Below are positions 35,553 to 36,936 of a stretch of 36,936 nt of DNA, one piece after another. Under the pieces are notes generated by a model that searched no databases, was not told where the DNA came from, and saw nothing but the letters and a program-made list of their open reading frames with translations. The DNA is taken from positions 1 through 36,936 of IMG/VR virus record IMGVR_UViG_3300006893_000004, one strand, 5' to 3'. Source of the DNA: a virus (Duplodnaviria > Caudoviricetes). Position 1 is the stretch's first letter, and every line of letters starts with the position of its first letter. Position numbers and translations under genes: made by a program.

Positions 35553-36665
35553 ATGATGATCAATGGCGAAAATCATTTTATCAAGTTCCCTGAAGATGGC
35601 AAACGGACGTACACCCTCAGCAAGTATATCGGCAGTGATTACACCACAGTCGAAGTGAGCAAGCACCCATCCTATTCAGCCGCATCGGATGCCCTGAAGT
35701 CATTACATGTCGAGACGCTAAAAAATGCGGCTGTCACTCGCAAGCGGACGAAAACCGTGTTTCCTACCGATGAGATTCCCCATCTCTGGGCGCACAAGGT
35801 ACAGGCTAGTGCCCGCAATGCGGGCGGGAATCTGTTTTTTGACGGGGACACGATCTATAGTTATGGGCGTCATTTCCCGATTGCTGCCCACGTCACCAAT
35901 GCAAAGGGGAAGCCTGCCATCCTGCGAAATTCAGGAAGTTACTCAGTCACTACGACAGGCCATCAATCCGCAGTGGCCCGAGCAATCCCCGACAGCATCC
36001 CCACTTTCATTGTCCCGAATGTAGCTGAGACACGTTATCTCTCGAATGATCATGCCCGGAACGTCAAATACTTTCAGGATGAAATCGAGCGAGTATCAAA
36101 CAAGGCTAGCCGTGCACGTTCCAATCGTGACGGACTGCTAACCGATGCCGTGAACTATGCAGAGAACCTCAAGGGCTATTGCAAGTTTTTCGGGGTGAAA
36201 TGCCCAAAGGTAAAACTGTACGGGGTAAACGATCTGCCGTCACTCAAGGCCGATCTGATCAAGAAACAGATTGCGGAAACGAAGAAACGCAAGGCTGAAG
36301 AAAAACAACGGGAATTGGCTGCGATCAAATCTGCTCAAGAGGGTATCGCAGCATTCCGGGCAGGCGAAGATTACAGCAACTATAACCTCTACTCCGTTCC
36401 TACCATGCTTCGAATCAAGGGTCAGGAAGTAGAAACGTCACGAGGAGTCCGCATTCCAGTTGACCACGCTGTAAAGGGATTGCGATTTGTCCGGGCGATT
36501 GTAGCCCGTGGGGAAGACTGGCAGAGCAACGGGCACACGTTTCACCTAGGCCACTATGCACTAGACCGCGTAAGTAAGGATGGAACGGTAAAAGCTGGTT
36601 GCCACGTGATTACGTTGGATGAAATCGAACGTATAGCCCCTGAATTGGAACAGCGAGCAGTCTAA
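35553..36665 (+). CDS. Phage-type early hypothetical protein (370 aa)
   Basis: AGGAG RBS; IYSYGRHFPIA, YSVTT, VETSRG and AGCH blocks resemble phage early proteins. Confidence 0.88.
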   Translation: MMINGENHFIKFPEDGKRTYTLSKYIGSDYTTVEVSKHPSYSAASDALKSLHVETLKNAAVTRKRTKTVFPTDEIPHLWAHKVQASARNAGGNLFFDGDTIYSYGRHFPIAAHVTNAKGKPAILRNSGSYSVTTTGHQSAVARAIPDSIPTFIVPNVAETRYLSNDHARNVKYFQDEIERVSNKASRARSNRDGLLTDAVNYAENLKGYCKFFGVKCPKVKLYGVNDLPSLKADLIKKQIAETKKRKAEEKQRELAAIKSAQEGIAAFRAGEDYSNYNLYSVPTMLRIKGQEVETSRGVRIPVDHAVKGLRFVRAIVARGEDWQSNGHTFHLGHYALDRVSKDGTVKAGCHVITLDEIERIAPELEQRAV

Positions 36666-36732
36666 CTCCGTTTGACTTGTGGCATGCCCGTACCGCATTG
36701 CGGGCATGAGGGAAGTCAAATCTAACACGAGG
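36666..36732 (+). promoter_or_regulatory. Conserved intergenic hairpin, copy A
   Basis: TTTGACTT-GTGG-CATGCCCGTA-loop-TGCGGGCATG-AGGG-AAGTCAAA. Confidence 0.8.
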
Positions 36733-36742
36733 AAAAGACGCC

Positions 36743-36936
36743 ATGAAAAACATGAAACGCATTCACAAAGTCACTATCAAGCGAATGATTGATGAATCGC
36801 CCGACACTAGCTGGTTAGGCGAATACGGGAACAATGCTGAATCGGATTATGCAATTGACCGAGCGCATTCTGAGGATTGCTCAGCAGTCAAGGTGAACTA
36901 CAAACAGGCAGTTGACCAGTTGGAACGGGCGATTGA
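36743..36936 (+). CDS. 5' part of acidic early protein spanning the circular join (MKNMKRIHKV...; 221 aa in total, ending at 595)
   Basis: GAGG RBS, ATG at 36743, open frame continuous with ORF 80..595. Confidence 0.85.
   Translation, partial: MKNMKRIHKVTIKRMIDESPDTSWLGEYGNNAESDYAIDRAHSEDCSAVKVNYKQAVDQLERAI
36814..36936 (+). repeat. Terminal direct repeat, copy 2
   Basis: Identical to 1-123. Confidence 0.97.

Larger units (their letters stand above)
1..36936. mobile_element. Circular excised integrative phage-like element (satellite or reduced prophage), unit length 36,813 bp
   Basis: Terminal overlap, int + xis + attP, phage-type gene content, no recognisable capsid/portal/TerL/tail/conjugation genes. 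Confidence 0.85.

Overview
The window is a complete circular element of 36,813 bp; bases 1-123 repeat at 36814-36936 and one ORF reads through the join. It carries a tyrosine integrase, an excisionase-like HTH gene and an attP-like site with the last 22 nt of a tRNA-Ser flanked by arm-type repeats, so it looks like the excised form of a tRNA-targeting integrative element. Several small proteins look Acidobacteria-like to me, which is pattern recognition and not a database result. Gene content is phage-like: an early operon of acidic proteins, a wHTH initiator with iteron-like repeats, SSB-like and Hfq-like proteins, a ClpB D2-only ATPase, an Ig-domain protein, two large DNA-ejection-like proteins and seven homing-endonuclease-fold genes. 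I could not recognise a major capsid, portal, large terminase, tail, lysis, relaxase or T4SS gene. The best reading is a helper-dependent phage satellite or a reduced prophage that still excises. The most unusual non-coding signals are a covarying hairpin with an invariant GUGG/AGGG loop repeated three times in the early operon, 21 GANTC sites in about 680 bp next to an A17 tract and IHF boxes, several long structured leaders, and motifs shared between distant promoters or nuclease genes. All protein calls come from motif recognition by eye.
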